A stretch of DNA of 64,000 nucleotides, from positions 14,649 through 78,648 of the forward strand of contig CAVZPM010000032.1 of the NCBI GenBank assembly GCA_963777155.1. The letters run 5' to 3'. Both the position numbers and the translations under genes were made by a program. The DNA comes from Candidatus Bathyarchaeota archaeon (lineage in GTDB: Archaea; Thermoproteota; Bathyarchaeia; Bathyarchaeales; Bathycorpusculaceae). Positions 30,202 through 41,411 of the stretch are shown in pieces. Numbering within the stretch: the stretch's first letter is position 1; each line of letters starts with the position of its first letter. Under the pieces are notes generated by a model. That model did not search any database and was not told where the DNA came from. It saw only the letters and a program-made list of their open reading frames with translations.

Positions 30202-31142
30202 CGTAACTGCCGCAGCAACTCGCATGCCTTACACAAATCCAACGCTGACGGCTCACCACACTCAACACAGGTTTTGAAGTCCTCAGCCTCTTTCGCCGCA
30301 GTTTCTTCAAGTGCAGGGCGCAAACGTTCAAGGGCTTTGGAAACAGTGAATTTTGTTCCAGCATGTTTTTCCTCCATGCGATTAAGCATTCCCCTCACGT
30401 CATTGCGTAGTGCCTCAGAAGCATAGGGACACGGAGTGCCTTGGAACGGGATTCTCTTAACATAAGCGTAGAGTGCGCTTTCTTTTTCTGGGATTTCGCA
30501 GAAGGGCTTGATTTTCTGCACAAACAAGGGGTGAACCTCGGTGGTTACCGGCTTTTCCTTAGCTAACCTTGCTATGTCACCGCGTAAAATGTTCATAAGA
30601 ACAGTCTGCACCTCATCGTCAAGGGTGTGTCCCGTTGCGATTTTGTTTGCCTTTACTTGCCTTGCACCAGTGTTGATGGCTTTACGGCGCAGAACACCAC
30701 AGTAAGCGCAAGCAGTCAAAGCGGTATGTCCTTTTTTGCGTGCCCCACAAATCATTTCATCCAACGTGAAACCGTAAAGTTCCTTGAATGAGACAATATG
30801 ATACGGAATTTCTAGTTGTTTGCAGTTTTTGACCGCGATCTCCAGGGCTTCGTCACGGTAACCTTTGATTCCTTCATCCACTATTACTGCCGTGAGGGTA
30901 GTTTTTGGCCTTGAACGCTTCAGTTTAGCTAAAATGTGCAGGATGCTTAGGCTGTCTTTGCCGCCTGAAACCGCAACTGCCAAATGATCATCAAAGTTTA
31001 ACATATGATAACGCGTAATGGTTTGGCGTACCTTGGCTTCTATGGAGTCTGTAAAGCAGCGTTTGCAGAGCCGTTCGCCTGAGTATTGCCTGTAGAAGAA
31101 GGCTTCTCGAGTTTTGCAGGCGTTGCAGACTGGGGTATCCAT
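30198..31142 (-). CDS. ncsA: tRNA 2-thiolation protein, TtuA/Ncs6 (TIGR00269) family
   Basis: PP-loop SGGKDS; CAYCGVLRR; TGHTLDDE; CPYA; terminal Zn fingers. Confidence 0.85.
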   Translation of the reverse strand: MDTPVCNACKTREAFFYRQYSGERLCKRCFTDSIEAKVRQTITRYHMLNFDDHLAVAVSGGKDSLSILHILAKLKRSRPKTTLTAVIVDEGIKGYRDEALEIAVKNCKQLEIPYHIVSFKELYGFTLDEMICGARKKGHTALTACAYCGVLRRKAINTGARQVKANKIATGHTLDDEVQTVLMNILRGDIARLAKEKPVTTEVHPLFVQKIKPFCEIPEKESALYAYVKRIPFQGTPCPYASEALRNDVRGMLNRMEEKHAGTKFTVSKALERLRPALEETAAKEAEDFKTCVECGEPSALDLCKACELLRQLR

Positions 31143-31393
31143 TGGTTTTCCATCGACAAATTGATGGGTAATTAAACTAAATGAAGGTTTAGTTGGAGAT
31201 TTCTCCTTTTTTCACAATAGCTCCATTTTTCTTGTATTGATAAATAAGAAGGGTAAATGAACGGATTCCCCAGAATGCGCGTTTGCACAACACAATAATC
31301 GCAGGGGTGTTGTACAACTGATTCAACTATGAGTCAAATCGTAACATTTAATATAGCATTGATGCACAGAGTTTACTTAGGAAGCTTAGACTG

Positions 31394-31807
31394 GTGGGGC
31401 TGTACAAGAAGATATTCTTTGTTTCATTTGTCGTTGTCGCGGTTGGACTTGTTATTCTTAATACAGACGCCTTGAACCTGTTGGGAAAACCGATCAATTT
31501 GGGTTTAAAACCTGAAGAAATAGTTATTCGAAAAGCCTCATTTGACAAGACCAACAGCAACACACTCTTGCTCGATGTACAATCAACTTACAGTAAGACT
31601 ATCATTTTTAACACAGCTGTTATCAAAGATTCTCAACATAATACTGTAGCTACAATTGTTTCATTTCACAATGAGCTACCAGCCCAAACAAGTACGATAA
31701 TAGCAGTTGATCTTAGTAGCACTAATTTGAGTTCAGGAAATTATACTGTAGATCTTTGGACTACAAACAGTCATTTTTTCTCTTCGCCGCCGTTTACTGT
31801 GCCATAG
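31394..31807 (+). CDS. Membrane-anchored Ig-like hypothetical protein
   Basis: N-terminal TM, beta-rich body, GNYTV motif. Confidence 0.55.
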   Translation: MGLYKKIFFVSFVVVAVGLVILNTDALNLLGKPINLGLKPEEIVIRKASFDKTNSNTLLLDVQSTYSKTIIFNTAVIKDSQHNTVATIVSFHNELPAQTSTIIAVDLSSTNLSSGNYTVDLWTTNSHFFSSPPFTVP

Positions 31808-32249
31808 TCTAGAAAATTTTTACCGCTCATGTTCTCTATTAAAAAAATAACATTTTAGACTAAGAAACGTTTAAGCTTATATCAAAAAATAGCATAGTAA
31901 GAAACCAGATTTTTTCTTAGTTTTTCTTCTTTGTATAATTAAGAAAAATATCAAAATACTCAAATGCAAATATTTCGACTATTTACATTTACCAACGTAT
32001 ATTTGTGGAAAGAAAATTATTTACATAATAGACTATAAATAAACTCATTTGATTCATTTGGTAAATAATATATACGACGCAAATCACTATATATAGGTGG
32101 CAAGAGAAAGCTAAAACGGTAATTCAAAGAATGGGCAGATAACTGGTTTGAGCTTCAAAGACTCAAATCCCATCAGGCACCATAACAAAGCCACCTAAAT
32201 TGACTGCTGTTCGAAAAGACTTTTGCCACAAAGGAAGGCGGTCTAACAT

Positions 32250-32621
32250 ATGGTGAAAATTCATATATCTAGAATGTTCAGAAGAGCAGGGTCAAGTATT
32301 TTAACTAAACCAGCCACATGTTCATACCCTTACGTGAAACCTCAACTACCAAGCGATTCTCGAGGTCAGCTAAATTTTGATGTAACGCTTTGTGTCGGAT
32401 GTGGATTATGTAGTAAAGATTGCCCTTCAAAAGCTATTGAAATGGTGGAATTTAATGGGAAAAAACGTCCTCAGTTCAGACTTGATAAATGTATTTTTTG
32501 CTATCAATGTGCAGGAAGTTGCAAAAAAGAGGCAATAAAGAGTTCAACCTTCTTTGAGATGGCTACAACGGATAAATCTTCTTTAATCATAAAACCGCAG
32601 TCAGCCGTCAAAGCTTGTTAA
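32250..32621 (+). CDS. Orphan NuoI/EchF-like 2x[4Fe-4S] protein
   Basis: CVGCGLCSKDCP and CIFCYQCAGSC; paralog of 47573-48025 (shared KPAT..YP.VKP.LPSD.RG and ATTDK). Confidence 0.85.
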   Translation: MVKIHISRMFRRAGSSILTKPATCSYPYVKPQLPSDSRGQLNFDVTLCVGCGLCSKDCPSKAIEMVEFNGKKRPQFRLDKCIFCYQCAGSCKKEAIKSSTFFEMATTDKSSLIIKPQSAVKAC

Positions 32622-32885
32622 TACCAATAAGTACGACGGAACAAAAAATAACTCAAAGAATTAAACTTAACGTAGCAAATCTTCTACGGTGTCATGCCAC
32701 TCTATCAAGGTAGCTTTCTTGTTTGGAAAATATTTTAGCCGCACTTTAGGTTATTTTATTTTTCACGAAATCTATGGGAAAAAAGTTTCAGAAAGTCAAA
32801 ATAGCAGAATTGGCGTAATTGTTCCAGGTTTGTGTTTTAAACTAAATAAACAATGTCACACTAAAGGATAGATTTAGCGGTAAAC

Positions 32886-33590
32886 ATGACTGTTAAACCA
32901 ACAAAACAGGGCGACCACAAAGAAGTAACCTACAATAGCTTACATTGGCAAGACCTAAAGCAGCTACGGGAAAAAGCAATCGGAGTCATGACGGCGCTAG
33001 AAGTGTTTCACTTGCAGTCTTTAACACATGGTAGCATAGCTAGAGGAGATATAAAAATAGGCAGCGATGTGGATGTTTTCATTCCTGAAGTACAAAGCAG
33101 TTTCATTGTTGAATCCGCTCTTGAAAAAGCCAAAATCCCAATCAATTCACGGTTTATTGTTCAAGCCACTCCAAGCTACGCAATGAAAGCACACATCGAA
33201 ATAGACGAGAAGACAACCGTTTCCTTTCCCCTAATGGAAATGCGAAGAGTGGAAAGGGAATTTTACCGGTTCGGCGGCGAAGTAGACATCGTGCAACTTA
33301 AAACGAATGTCCGCGTTCCAGGGGTGGATAAACGGCTTATGCTCATCGAACCAACTGAAAAGGGTCATGTTGAGAGCAGTGTTATTGGAAGAGAAGAGTC
33401 TGCAGCGAAAGTCTTGGGAATATCAGTAGAAACTGTGTTTGATAGAGTTCATGCTTTGTTAAGGCGTGATGCTGTAGGCAGAACAGGGGTTTTTGTTAAA
33501 AAGGAGTTATTGCAAGATGAAACTTTTGAGTTGGCTTTGAAAAAGTTGTCCGACCAAAATCCTGCGGTTCGTCGAAGAATGAAAAAATAG
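32886..33590 (+). CDS. Archaeal nucleotidyltransferase-domain protein
   Basis: HGSIARGD...SDVD, EFYRFGG, RVPGVDKRL and GRTGVF motifs. Confidence 0.8.
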   Translation: MTVKPTKQGDHKEVTYNSLHWQDLKQLREKAIGVMTALEVFHLQSLTHGSIARGDIKIGSDVDVFIPEVQSSFIVESALEKAKIPINSRFIVQATPSYAMKAHIEIDEKTTVSFPLMEMRRVEREFYRFGGEVDIVQLKTNVRVPGVDKRLMLIEPTEKGHVESSVIGREESAAKVLGISVETVFDRVHALLRRDAVGRTGVFVKKELLQDETFELALKKLSDQNPAVRRRMKK

Positions 33591-33629
33591 ACCTATTCTA
33601 GTTAAAATGAAATATTTTGAAAAAACAAG

Positions 33630-33648
33630 AGCAGACTGCGAGTCTGCT
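33630..33648. terminator. Hairpin between convergent genes
   Basis: agcagact-gcg-agtctgct. Confidence 0.4.
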
Positions 33649-33673
33649 TAATTGGTTGAATCAGAAAAGAGGT

Positions 33674-34237
33674 TTAAGAGGGGTAGTAGATGAGTTCTTT
33701 TTCTTCAAGAAGCTGCTGGATTTTATCGACTGCTTCGTAAACCTGTTCTTCTTTTTTGGCTCCGACACATACGAGTTTTCCTGCGCTGAAGATTAGGAAT
33801 ACTACTTTTGGTTCATCCATGCGGTAGACTGCACCTGGGAACTGTTCGGGTTCATACATGACTTTGCTGAGTTTGTAAACGAGGCTTTCAAGGTCGATTT
33901 CTCCGCCAAGTTCTGCCGAAGCTACGATGTTTTGGATCATTACAACAGGTTTTTCTGTAATTTGGATGCCTTCACCGCGGAGTTCCTTGACGACTTTTTC
34001 TACTGCACTACGTGATTCCTTTTCGGATTTAGCGCCTGTGCACACCATTTTGCCTGTGCCAAAGATTAACGTAGCTGTTTTTGGTTTTTTTAGACGGAAG
34101 ACTAGACCTGGGAAAACGCTGGGGTTGTATTCTGTTTGTGGAAATTTTTCAACGATTTTTTGTAGGTCAATTTTTTGGTTAAGTGAGACTGAGGCCACAA
34201 TGTTCTGTATGTTAATGATTGGTTTTCTTTTACTCAT
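33674..34237 (-). CDS. tbp: TATA-box-binding protein
   Basis: Two repeats of IQNIVAS...Y.P..FPG...LIF..GK.VC.GAK. Confidence 0.97.
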   Translation of the reverse strand: MSKRKPIINIQNIVASVSLNQKIDLQKIVEKFPQTEYNPSVFPGLVFRLKKPKTATLIFGTGKMVCTGAKSEKESRSAVEKVVKELRGEGIQITEKPVVMIQNIVASAELGGEIDLESLVYKLSKVMYEPEQFPGAVYRMDEPKVVFLIFSAGKLVCVGAKKEEQVYEAVDKIQQLLEEKELIYYPS

Positions 34238-34336
34238 GTAAACTCACGGTTAAGAGTATTTAAATTAGCAAGGAGTATATAAAGCATCTATTTATAAAGG
34301 CTTAAAAATCATTAATAAATACCCTCTACGACAGGT

Positions 34337-35062
34337 TTATGGTATTGGCGTGGCAGTGTTGTTGCCAAAGGTCAGTGTTTGTGTGTTGCTCCAGCCGCTA
34401 TCTGTCACTGTAACAAAATAGTCACCCATACATTCATTGGGATGATAGTAGTGGTAACCGATAAGCGCCTTCACTTGAACATCTATCTGTCCACCGGGAC
34501 TGAGGTTCCAACCCCCAATGTAAAAGGAAATTACCGTGTAGCTGCCAGTGGAGGATTTTACTTCAGTTATTGAGTGACCATATCCTGTTGTGCTCCAATC
34601 TTCAAAATGCCCTTTTAAACGAGCGCTATAACGCAGTTCGGTTATGTTGCCATCTGCGAAGGTGGATGGTGTGAACGGTTGATTTGTGATTACTACGTCT
34701 ATGGTTCGGTTATCTTGATGGTAACCGGATTGGCTGATTACGCTTTGACCTGTAAAGGGATCTGTTTTGTAAACAGGAGGCACATCATAGGAGTGGTCAG
34801 CATACTGCAGTGTGAACTTAGGGATTATCGGGGTAATGGTGCCTGTAACAGGAGATATGGTTGGGTTAGGCGTCGGAGTTGGTGAATGCGTTGGGGTGGG
34901 TGTTATTGGGTGGGTTGTATGAGTCGGGGTTACTGTTGGGCGTGAGTTTGGATTTGATCCCGGAAATAATGGATTTTGATCATTGCTGATTACTACATAC
35001 CAAACAGCAGAGGTTAACAAAACCGCGACAATGACAAGTGCTACAGCTGTAACCGTTTTCAT
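34337..35062 (-). CDS. Membrane-anchored protein with PT-rich linker
   Basis: N-terminal TM; TPTP run; PKFTL..ADHSYDVPP and SGWSNTQTLTF motifs. Confidence 0.65.
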   Translation of the reverse strand: MKTVTAVALVIVAVLLTSAVWYVVISNDQNPLFPGSNPNSRPTVTPTHTTHPITPTPTHSPTPTPNPTISPVTGTITPIIPKFTLQYADHSYDVPPVYKTDPFTGQSVISQSGYHQDNRTIDVVITNQPFTPSTFADGNITELRYSARLKGHFEDWSTTGYGHSITEVKSSTGSYTVISFYIGGWNLSPGGQIDVQVKALIGYHYYHPNECMGDYFVTVTDSGWSNTQTLTFGNNTATPIP

Positions 35063-35122
35063 AACTTATCATCTTAATCACGTGACGTCGGCGTTTCCTT
35101 GTAAAGTTTACTGTTTTTTCCA

Positions 35123-36211
35123 TTAAGAGGCAGTTTCTCTATAAATTGCAAACCTAAGCAATGCAACTATGCCGCCTAAAGAAAGAAGTTTTGCTCCTGC
35201 CTCATGCTCAGTGCTTACAACCGTTATAGCTGCATTGCGCTTTTCAACCTGATGCATCAGATCCTCTATCTTAAGTCGCATCTGCTCATCTGCATCCCGC
35301 AGCTTCGTATCAGCTACCACCAGCTTCTCAACAGCACCCATCATCACCGCGTTTTCCACCGCATCCAAACCATAAGTAACCGTGCCTTCACCCTTGCCCA
35401 AACGCTTCATTACTTCTTCCATAGTGTCAGTTTCGTCAAAAACCCGAAGCTGATGCGCCGCCTTCAGCAAAACACCCGAACGCAATGCTTCATCAATTCC
35501 GGCTGTGCCACCGTTGTTAACGCTTTTAACATCCACAACCGCTTTAGACATTTCCTTTGATTCTTCATTTAGGTATTTCACGAAATCAGTCTTAACGTAT
35601 CCAGCACCAATTATAACGATGGGATTATGGTTTTGGCTCCACAGTTTGTTTAAGCTGGTTAATGCGAGTTTGAAGTAGCCTTTTGTGGCTTCTACCCTTT
35701 TATCAGCGTCTTGTTTGCCGGGTAGCCGCATGCGTTGGTCAACGCGGGTTTCTACGCCGTATTGTTTGGTTTCTGCTATGGCAAAGCCTTCGTCGTCGAT
35801 AGAAATTATGAGAATGGGTTTTTCGGTTTCGCTTGCCCTTGTAAGCCTATCAAGAAGGTGTTTTGGCCATTCCTTCTTTACAATCGTCATGGGTTGGTTG
35901 AGTGCGATGCTAAGGGTATGGTGAGCACCCGTTGGAATTATGTCTGGAGCATGACAAATGATCCCGTGAACCCGTAGTTTTCCAAGAAACTTGTCCCAGC
36001 CAACAGATTCAACCTTGACACCCATAAATGCGGAAACTCTTTCAGCGCTTTTGGGACGGCTGGTTTCTGTGTCGCTTTTTATGGCGCGGCTGCTGTAAGC
36101 GTAAGCCTCATCACCTTTGTATATGACGTTGTAGAGATGCCAAAGGTCATCTGGCGAGTCAGGCACCACTTTAACAAAGCCCTGGGCAAGATTCTTTTCA
36201 ATAATTTTCAA
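35123..36211 (-). CDS. pelA: Pelota (Dom34) ribosome rescue factor
   Basis: DDLWHLYNVI, LRVHG, GAHHT and EHEAGAKLLSLGGIVALLRF motifs. Confidence 0.93.
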   Translation of the reverse strand: MKIIEKNLAQGFVKVVPDSPDDLWHLYNVIYKGDEAYAYSSRAIKSDTETSRPKSAERVSAFMGVKVESVGWDKFLGKLRVHGIICHAPDIIPTGAHHTLSIALNQPMTIVKKEWPKHLLDRLTRASETEKPILIISIDDEGFAIAETKQYGVETRVDQRMRLPGKQDADKRVEATKGYFKLALTSLNKLWSQNHNPIVIIGAGYVKTDFVKYLNEESKEMSKAVVDVKSVNNGGTAGIDEALRSGVLLKAAHQLRVFDETDTMEEVMKRLGKGEGTVTYGLDAVENAVMMGAVEKLVVADTKLRDADEQMRLKIEDLMHQVEKRNAAITVVSTEHEAGAKLLSLGGIVALLRFAIYRETAS

Positions 36212-36553
36212 TCGGTTGCATCTCAGTTAGCAGAGTTGAACAGTAACGAAGGTAAAATATACTGCGGATAAACAATTGATTTTTTTCGTTTCCTATTTCT
36301 TTTGCTTAAAATACTCCACTTGTCTAAGCCTTTTCTCTGCTTCCTCATGGGTCTTGTAGGGATTGTTTTATTTGACTGATTTGGGTAAAGAGATAGCCAA
36401 ACAAATAAGGGAAGACGCCTATGCTGAAGATTTGTCTGAAAGCCCGCCAGTTGCACCACCAGAACCTGAATAGACTTTAGAGTGTAAAAAAAAGTTTATT
36501 AAAAAAATAAAAAAAGTTGTTTTGGGAAGAAAACTTCCCGAATTTTTCGCTGT

Positions 36554-38799
36554 TTAGTGGATCAGTTGCAGCAGGTTGTAAAACAGTGGGATGAAGACGA
36601 TTGACAGTGTGCTGAGCAGTTTGATGAGCACGTGTAAGCTTGGTCCTGCTGTGTCTTTTAGTGGGTCTCCGACTGTGTCGCCGACTACTGCTGCTGCATG
36701 TGCTGGACTTCCTTTGCCACCGAAGTGGCCTGATTCAATGAATTTCTTTGCGTTATCCCATGCTCCTCCGCCAGTGTTCATGAATAGTGCAAGTGGAACT
36801 GCTGAGAGTGTCGCACCGATTACGAGTGCACCAACTGCTTCTGGTCCAAGTAAAACACCGATAATGATTGGGACGACCACGATGATTAAGCCTGGAAGTA
36901 CCATGCCTTTGAGTGCGGATTTTGTGCTGATGTCTACTGCTTTGCCGTATTCGGGTTTGCCTGTTCCTTCCATGATGCCGGGGATTTCTCTGAATTGGCG
37001 TCTGACTTCTGCGACCATTTCTGCTGCTGCTTTGCCTACTGCGCTGATGGCTTGTGAGCTGAAGAAGAATGGCAGCATTGCTCCGATGAAGCCTGCGATG
37101 AGTACCGCTGGGTTAGAGATGTCCACGATAAAGGGTGTATGAATACCTGTCTTCGCAAAGTTCGCTGCAGATACCTCTGAAGCGTAGGTTTGGAAGAGCA
37201 GTTGTGCCGCAAGTAATGCTGAACCCAATGCGAAGCCTTTTGTTAGAGCTTTGGTTGTGTTTCCAACTGCGTCGAGAGCTTCCATGGTTTCTTCTGCGCC
37301 GCCTTCACCTGACATTTCTGCGATTCCTGCCGCGTTGTCAGCAATTGGTCCAAAGCCATCTAAAGCTAAAACCATACCCATGACAGCAAGCATACCCATA
37401 GTTGCAAGGGTTGTTCCGTAGATACCACCTATGAACGGGTCTATAATTTGGGTTGGATGCGTTAGGTTCCATGAGGAGGCAAATTGTGTTCCAAAGAAGT
37501 ACGATACGATAAGGGCAACAACCAATGAGACTATCGGAAGCATTGTGGTTTCAAGTCCAACTGCGAAGCCTGTGATTATGTTTGTTGCTGCACCTGTTTC
37601 GCTGGCTTTAGCGATTCTGCCGACTGGACCTCGTTCACTGCCTGTGTAATAGTCTGTGATGTAGTCGATTGCTACGCTTGCTGCTAAACCTGAAAGTAAC
37701 GCAAAGTACAGGTACAGGAAAGTCATGGAAAATGAGCCTTCACCTAACAGGAAAATTGTTGCAAACAAGAACAGTATGCCTGAAACGATCGTAGTTACCA
37801 TGAGTCCTTTTCGAAGTGCTTTCATAGGGTGTTTTGCTTCAGCTTCGGTTAGTTTGACAAAGGGCATGCCTATCAAAGTTGCAAAAATTCCTAAAGCGCG
37901 TGCGATCAGTGGGAAAATCAGGAAAATAAGGTTGCCTGTGGCGATGCTGATTAAGCCACCGATAATCATGCCACCGATGTTTTCCCCAGTAGCTGATTCA
38001 AATAAGTCTGCACCTCTTCCTGCGGAGTCACCAACGTTGTCCCCGACGTTATCAGCTATGACTGCGGGTTGCGTGGATCATCTTCAGGGATGCCTGCTTC
38101 AACTTTTCCTACAAGGTCTGCGCCGACATCTGCAGCTTTAGTGTAAATTCCACCGCCAAGCTGAGCAAACAATGCAATTAATGAGGCACCAAAACCCATA
38201 CCGACGATTCCACTTGCCGCTGTTCTTCCAAGATTGGCAGCTTCGGAGACATCCATTGTATTGAACATAGCAGTGAAGCCACCGTAGAGCAAGAAGAGAA
38301 AACTTACACCTAAAAGGGATAAACCGACGACTGCCATGCCCATGGTGGCGCCGCCGTAAAACGCGGTTTTTAATGCTTTTTCTGCGCCAAAGTCTTTTGC
38401 CGCCGCTACCGTGCGCACGTTGGCTTTGGTTGCGTTATCCATAGCTATATAACCTGCAGCTAAGGAAGCAACTGCACCCACCAAGAAGGCGGCTGCAGTG
38501 CCTATCCCATAGGGTGTACCTTTAAGGGGTAAGGCAACCCACAGTAGAACGAAAATAACTACTGTAATTATACCGATTGTTTTGTATTGTCTCTTTAGGA
38601 AAGCGTACGCGCCTTCCCTGATTGCATTGCCGACTTCAACGGTTTTTGGTCCACCTGGACTCATTTTGCCGATGCGGTACATGAGTAGAAGCGAAGCAAC
38701 GACTGCGATTATGCCTGCGATGGGTGCAATCCAAAAGACAACTGGGCTATTAGTTGATAATGATGCTAATGCTTGTAAGGGAATGAACATATTTGACAC
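36554..38799 (-). CDS. hppA: Membrane-bound H+-translocating pyrophosphatase, K+-independent signature (frameshift near 38070)
   Basis: GGGIYTKAADVGADLVGKVEAGIPEDD, DGFGPIADNA, DAVGNTTKA, GGAWDNAKK and GDTVGDPLKDTAGP motifs. Confidence 0.93.
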
Positions 38800-38964
38800 G
38801 GATGCCCATAGTCCTTATATATTTTTCTAAAAAATTTAAGGTAAAATAAATGCCAAATACAGATTTTGAGTCAACAAAAGAATTTTGTTGCGTTGTACTT
38901 TGGTTGCATTTTTAAGCAAGCCACACCTATTTCAAATAAGTCTTAACATCAAAGGGATAAAGCG

Positions 38965-40092
38965 ATGCCTAACAGGTTAATAGTGGTTAAAGTCGGCACA
39001 AACGGCATAACAACACCCGACGGAAAACTTGATCAACAAGAAATGCAGAACCTCGCAAGTCAAATTGCAGCTGCAACCAAGCAAGGCGACAAAGTGGTTC
39101 TAGTGACTTCGGGCGCCGTTGCAGCAGGGATTGCTGAACTTGAAATTCCCCCCAAACCCAAAGACGTGACTTTTCAACAGGCAGCCGCGGCAACTGGGCA
39201 AAGCGTTCTTATGGCAATGTACCGGGAACTATTTAGAAAATACGGCTTAAAAGTTGCTCAGATCTTGCTGACTGCAGAGGATCTCTCCAATAGAGCATCG
39301 TACGTGCACACCTGCGACGTCTTAGGTTTACTTTTGAAGATAGGGGTGGTTCCAATCATAAATGAAAACGACGTAGTTTCCGTTGACGAACTGATGCGGA
39401 CCGAAGGCTACAAAGTTAACTTTAGCGATAACGATATCCTCTCTGTGCTCGTCGCAGGAGCCTTATGTGCTGATTTAGTGATAATCCTCTCGGATGTTGA
39501 GGGAGTGTACACAGCTGAGCCTTCGCAGCCTGGCGCGGCTCTTATCAAAACGGTTGATGCAATCACCGGTGATTTCAAGACTACTCTAAACGGAAAAAGT
39601 AAACTTGGAAGGGGTGGAATCCAAAGCAAAATCAAAGCTGCCGAAATCGCTACATCTTGTGGTATTCCTGTCGTAATAGCTAATAGCCGAAGAGAAAACG
39701 TCATTATCGACATCCTATCCGGCAAAGACGTTGGCACATACTTTAAGCCCCAGACTCGTATGCCCGCGGTAAAGCGGTGGATTGCTTATGGCGCAGCAGT
39801 AAAAGGCACAATTCATGTTAATGAAGGCGCAAAAAAAGCTATTTTGGAAGGCTCCAGCCTATTGCCAGTTGGCGTAACCAAGGTTATCGGTATCTTCAAC
39901 GAAGGAGACGTCGTTAGCCTAGAAGACGAAAAACAAGTGGAATTCGCCCGAGGCAACCCTAACTTCAACAGCAGCCAGTTAAACCTAATTAAAGGCTTAC
40001 AAGTAACAGAGGTACACAATAAACTTGGCTCAGACAAACCCAAAGAGGTTATCGAGCACCGAAACATACACCTCATTGAGGAAATAAAATGA
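38965..40092 (+). CDS. proB: Glutamate 5-kinase with PUA domain
   Basis: VVKVGT, VTSGAVAAG, PIINEND, DND and GGIQSK motifs; PUA SLLPVGV. Confidence 0.95.
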   Translation: MPNRLIVVKVGTNGITTPDGKLDQQEMQNLASQIAAATKQGDKVVLVTSGAVAAGIAELEIPPKPKDVTFQQAAAATGQSVLMAMYRELFRKYGLKVAQILLTAEDLSNRASYVHTCDVLGLLLKIGVVPIINENDVVSVDELMRTEGYKVNFSDNDILSVLVAGALCADLVIILSDVEGVYTAEPSQPGAALIKTVDAITGDFKTTLNGKSKLGRGGIQSKIKAAEIATSCGIPVVIANSRRENVIIDILSGKDVGTYFKPQTRMPAVKRWIAYGAAVKGTIHVNEGAKKAILEGSSLLPVGVTKVIGIFNEGDVVSLEDEKQVEFARGNPNFNSSQLNLIKGLQVTEVHNKLGSDKPKEVIEHRNIHLIEEIK

Positions 40093-41330
40093 TACAGGAA
40101 ATTTGTAAGAAAGCCAAAGTTGCCGCATTTGAAATGGGCAAGCTGACTACAGATGCTAAAAACACAGCGCTACAAAAGATGGCAAGTGCTCTAGAAGCAA
40201 ACACAGAGAAGATTTTAGCTGCCAATGCGGTAGATGTTCAAGTTGCCAAATCCAAAGGTGTCAAAGCCGCATTGCTTGATCGGCTAGCGTTGGACCAAAA
40301 GAAAATTCAAACTATGGCAAAGGAGCTCAGGGAAGTCTCTGCTCTGCCCGACCCCATAGGCTCTATTATAAGTACATGGACACGCCCTAACGGATTGATA
40401 ATCAGCCAAGTCCGAGTTCCCATGGGTGTAGTTGGAGTAATTTATGAATCTCGCCCTAATGTCACAGTCGATTCGGCAGGCATCTGTATAAAATCAGGAA
40501 ATGCCGTGATTCTTCGTGGAGGCTCAGATGCATTAAACTCTAACTTAGTTATCGGTGAAGTGCTCCGAGAAGCACTATTATCTACAAACGTACCCGTGGA
40601 CGCGATTCAAGTCATTCCTTCACCTGACCGCAAGGTCGCTGAGGAACTTATGGGTATGCGAGAATACATTGATGTTCTTGTTCCCCGTGGAGGCGCTGAT
40701 TTAATCAAAACAGTTGTTGAGAAGTCGCGGATTCCTGTTATCGAAACTGGCACGGGCAACTGCCACGTGTACGTTGAAGAAGATGCTGACCTGCAAAAGG
40801 CAACTCCCATCGTAATTAATTCTAAGTGCCAGCGACCGGGAACATGCAACGCCGCGGAGAAACTGCTGGTTCACAGCAAAATTGCTAAACAATACTTGCC
40901 AGTGGTAGTTGCAGAGTTGCGCAAGAATGGCGTTGAAGTCCGCGGCGACGAAGAAACCCGAAAAATCGTCCCCGACGTTAAAGCGGCAACTGAACAGGAT
41001 TGGGGCACCGAATACCTTGACTTAATAATGGGCGTTAAAGTTGTAAAGGGATTAGATGAGGCCATTGTTCACATCAACAATTACGGCACCCACCACTCTG
41101 ACAGCATCCTGACTGCAGACTTTGGTAAAGCCATGCAATTCATAAAAGAAGTCGATTCCGCCGCAGTTTACTGGAATGCATCCACACGCTTCACCGACGG
41201 CAACCAATTTGGGCTTGGCGCAGAAATCGGCATTAGCACCCAAAAACTTCATGTGAGAGGCCCCATGAGTGTCCAGCACCTTACCTCAACCAAATACGTC
41301 ATTCTGGGTAATGGGCAAACCCGAAAATAG
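40089..41330 (+). CDS. proA: Gamma-glutamyl phosphate reductase
   Basis: GVIYESRPNVT, GNCHVY, CNAAEKLL and NASTRFTDG..GLGAEIGISTQKLH motifs. Confidence 0.96.
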   Translation: MIQEICKKAKVAAFEMGKLTTDAKNTALQKMASALEANTEKILAANAVDVQVAKSKGVKAALLDRLALDQKKIQTMAKELREVSALPDPIGSIISTWTRPNGLIISQVRVPMGVVGVIYESRPNVTVDSAGICIKSGNAVILRGGSDALNSNLVIGEVLREALLSTNVPVDAIQVIPSPDRKVAEELMGMREYIDVLVPRGGADLIKTVVEKSRIPVIETGTGNCHVYVEEDADLQKATPIVINSKCQRPGTCNAAEKLLVHSKIAKQYLPVVVAELRKNGVEVRGDEETRKIVPDVKAATEQDWGTEYLDLIMGVKVVKGLDEAIVHINNYGTHHSDSILTADFGKAMQFIKEVDSAAVYWNASTRFTDGNQFGLGAEIGISTQKLHVRGPMSVQHLTSTKYVILGNGQTRK

Positions 41331-41411
41331 CAGAGCAGGTCAATTTACCCATTTTTTAGACCTTGGTTAACTTAAATCAACACTAACTAAGACTCGTTGA
41401 ATAACCTCTTG

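Noticed and set aside
32160-32182. tRNA 3'-end remnant (tcaaatccc...cacca) as an att site
   Set aside because: No acceptor or T-stem pairing; better explained as part of the leader structure
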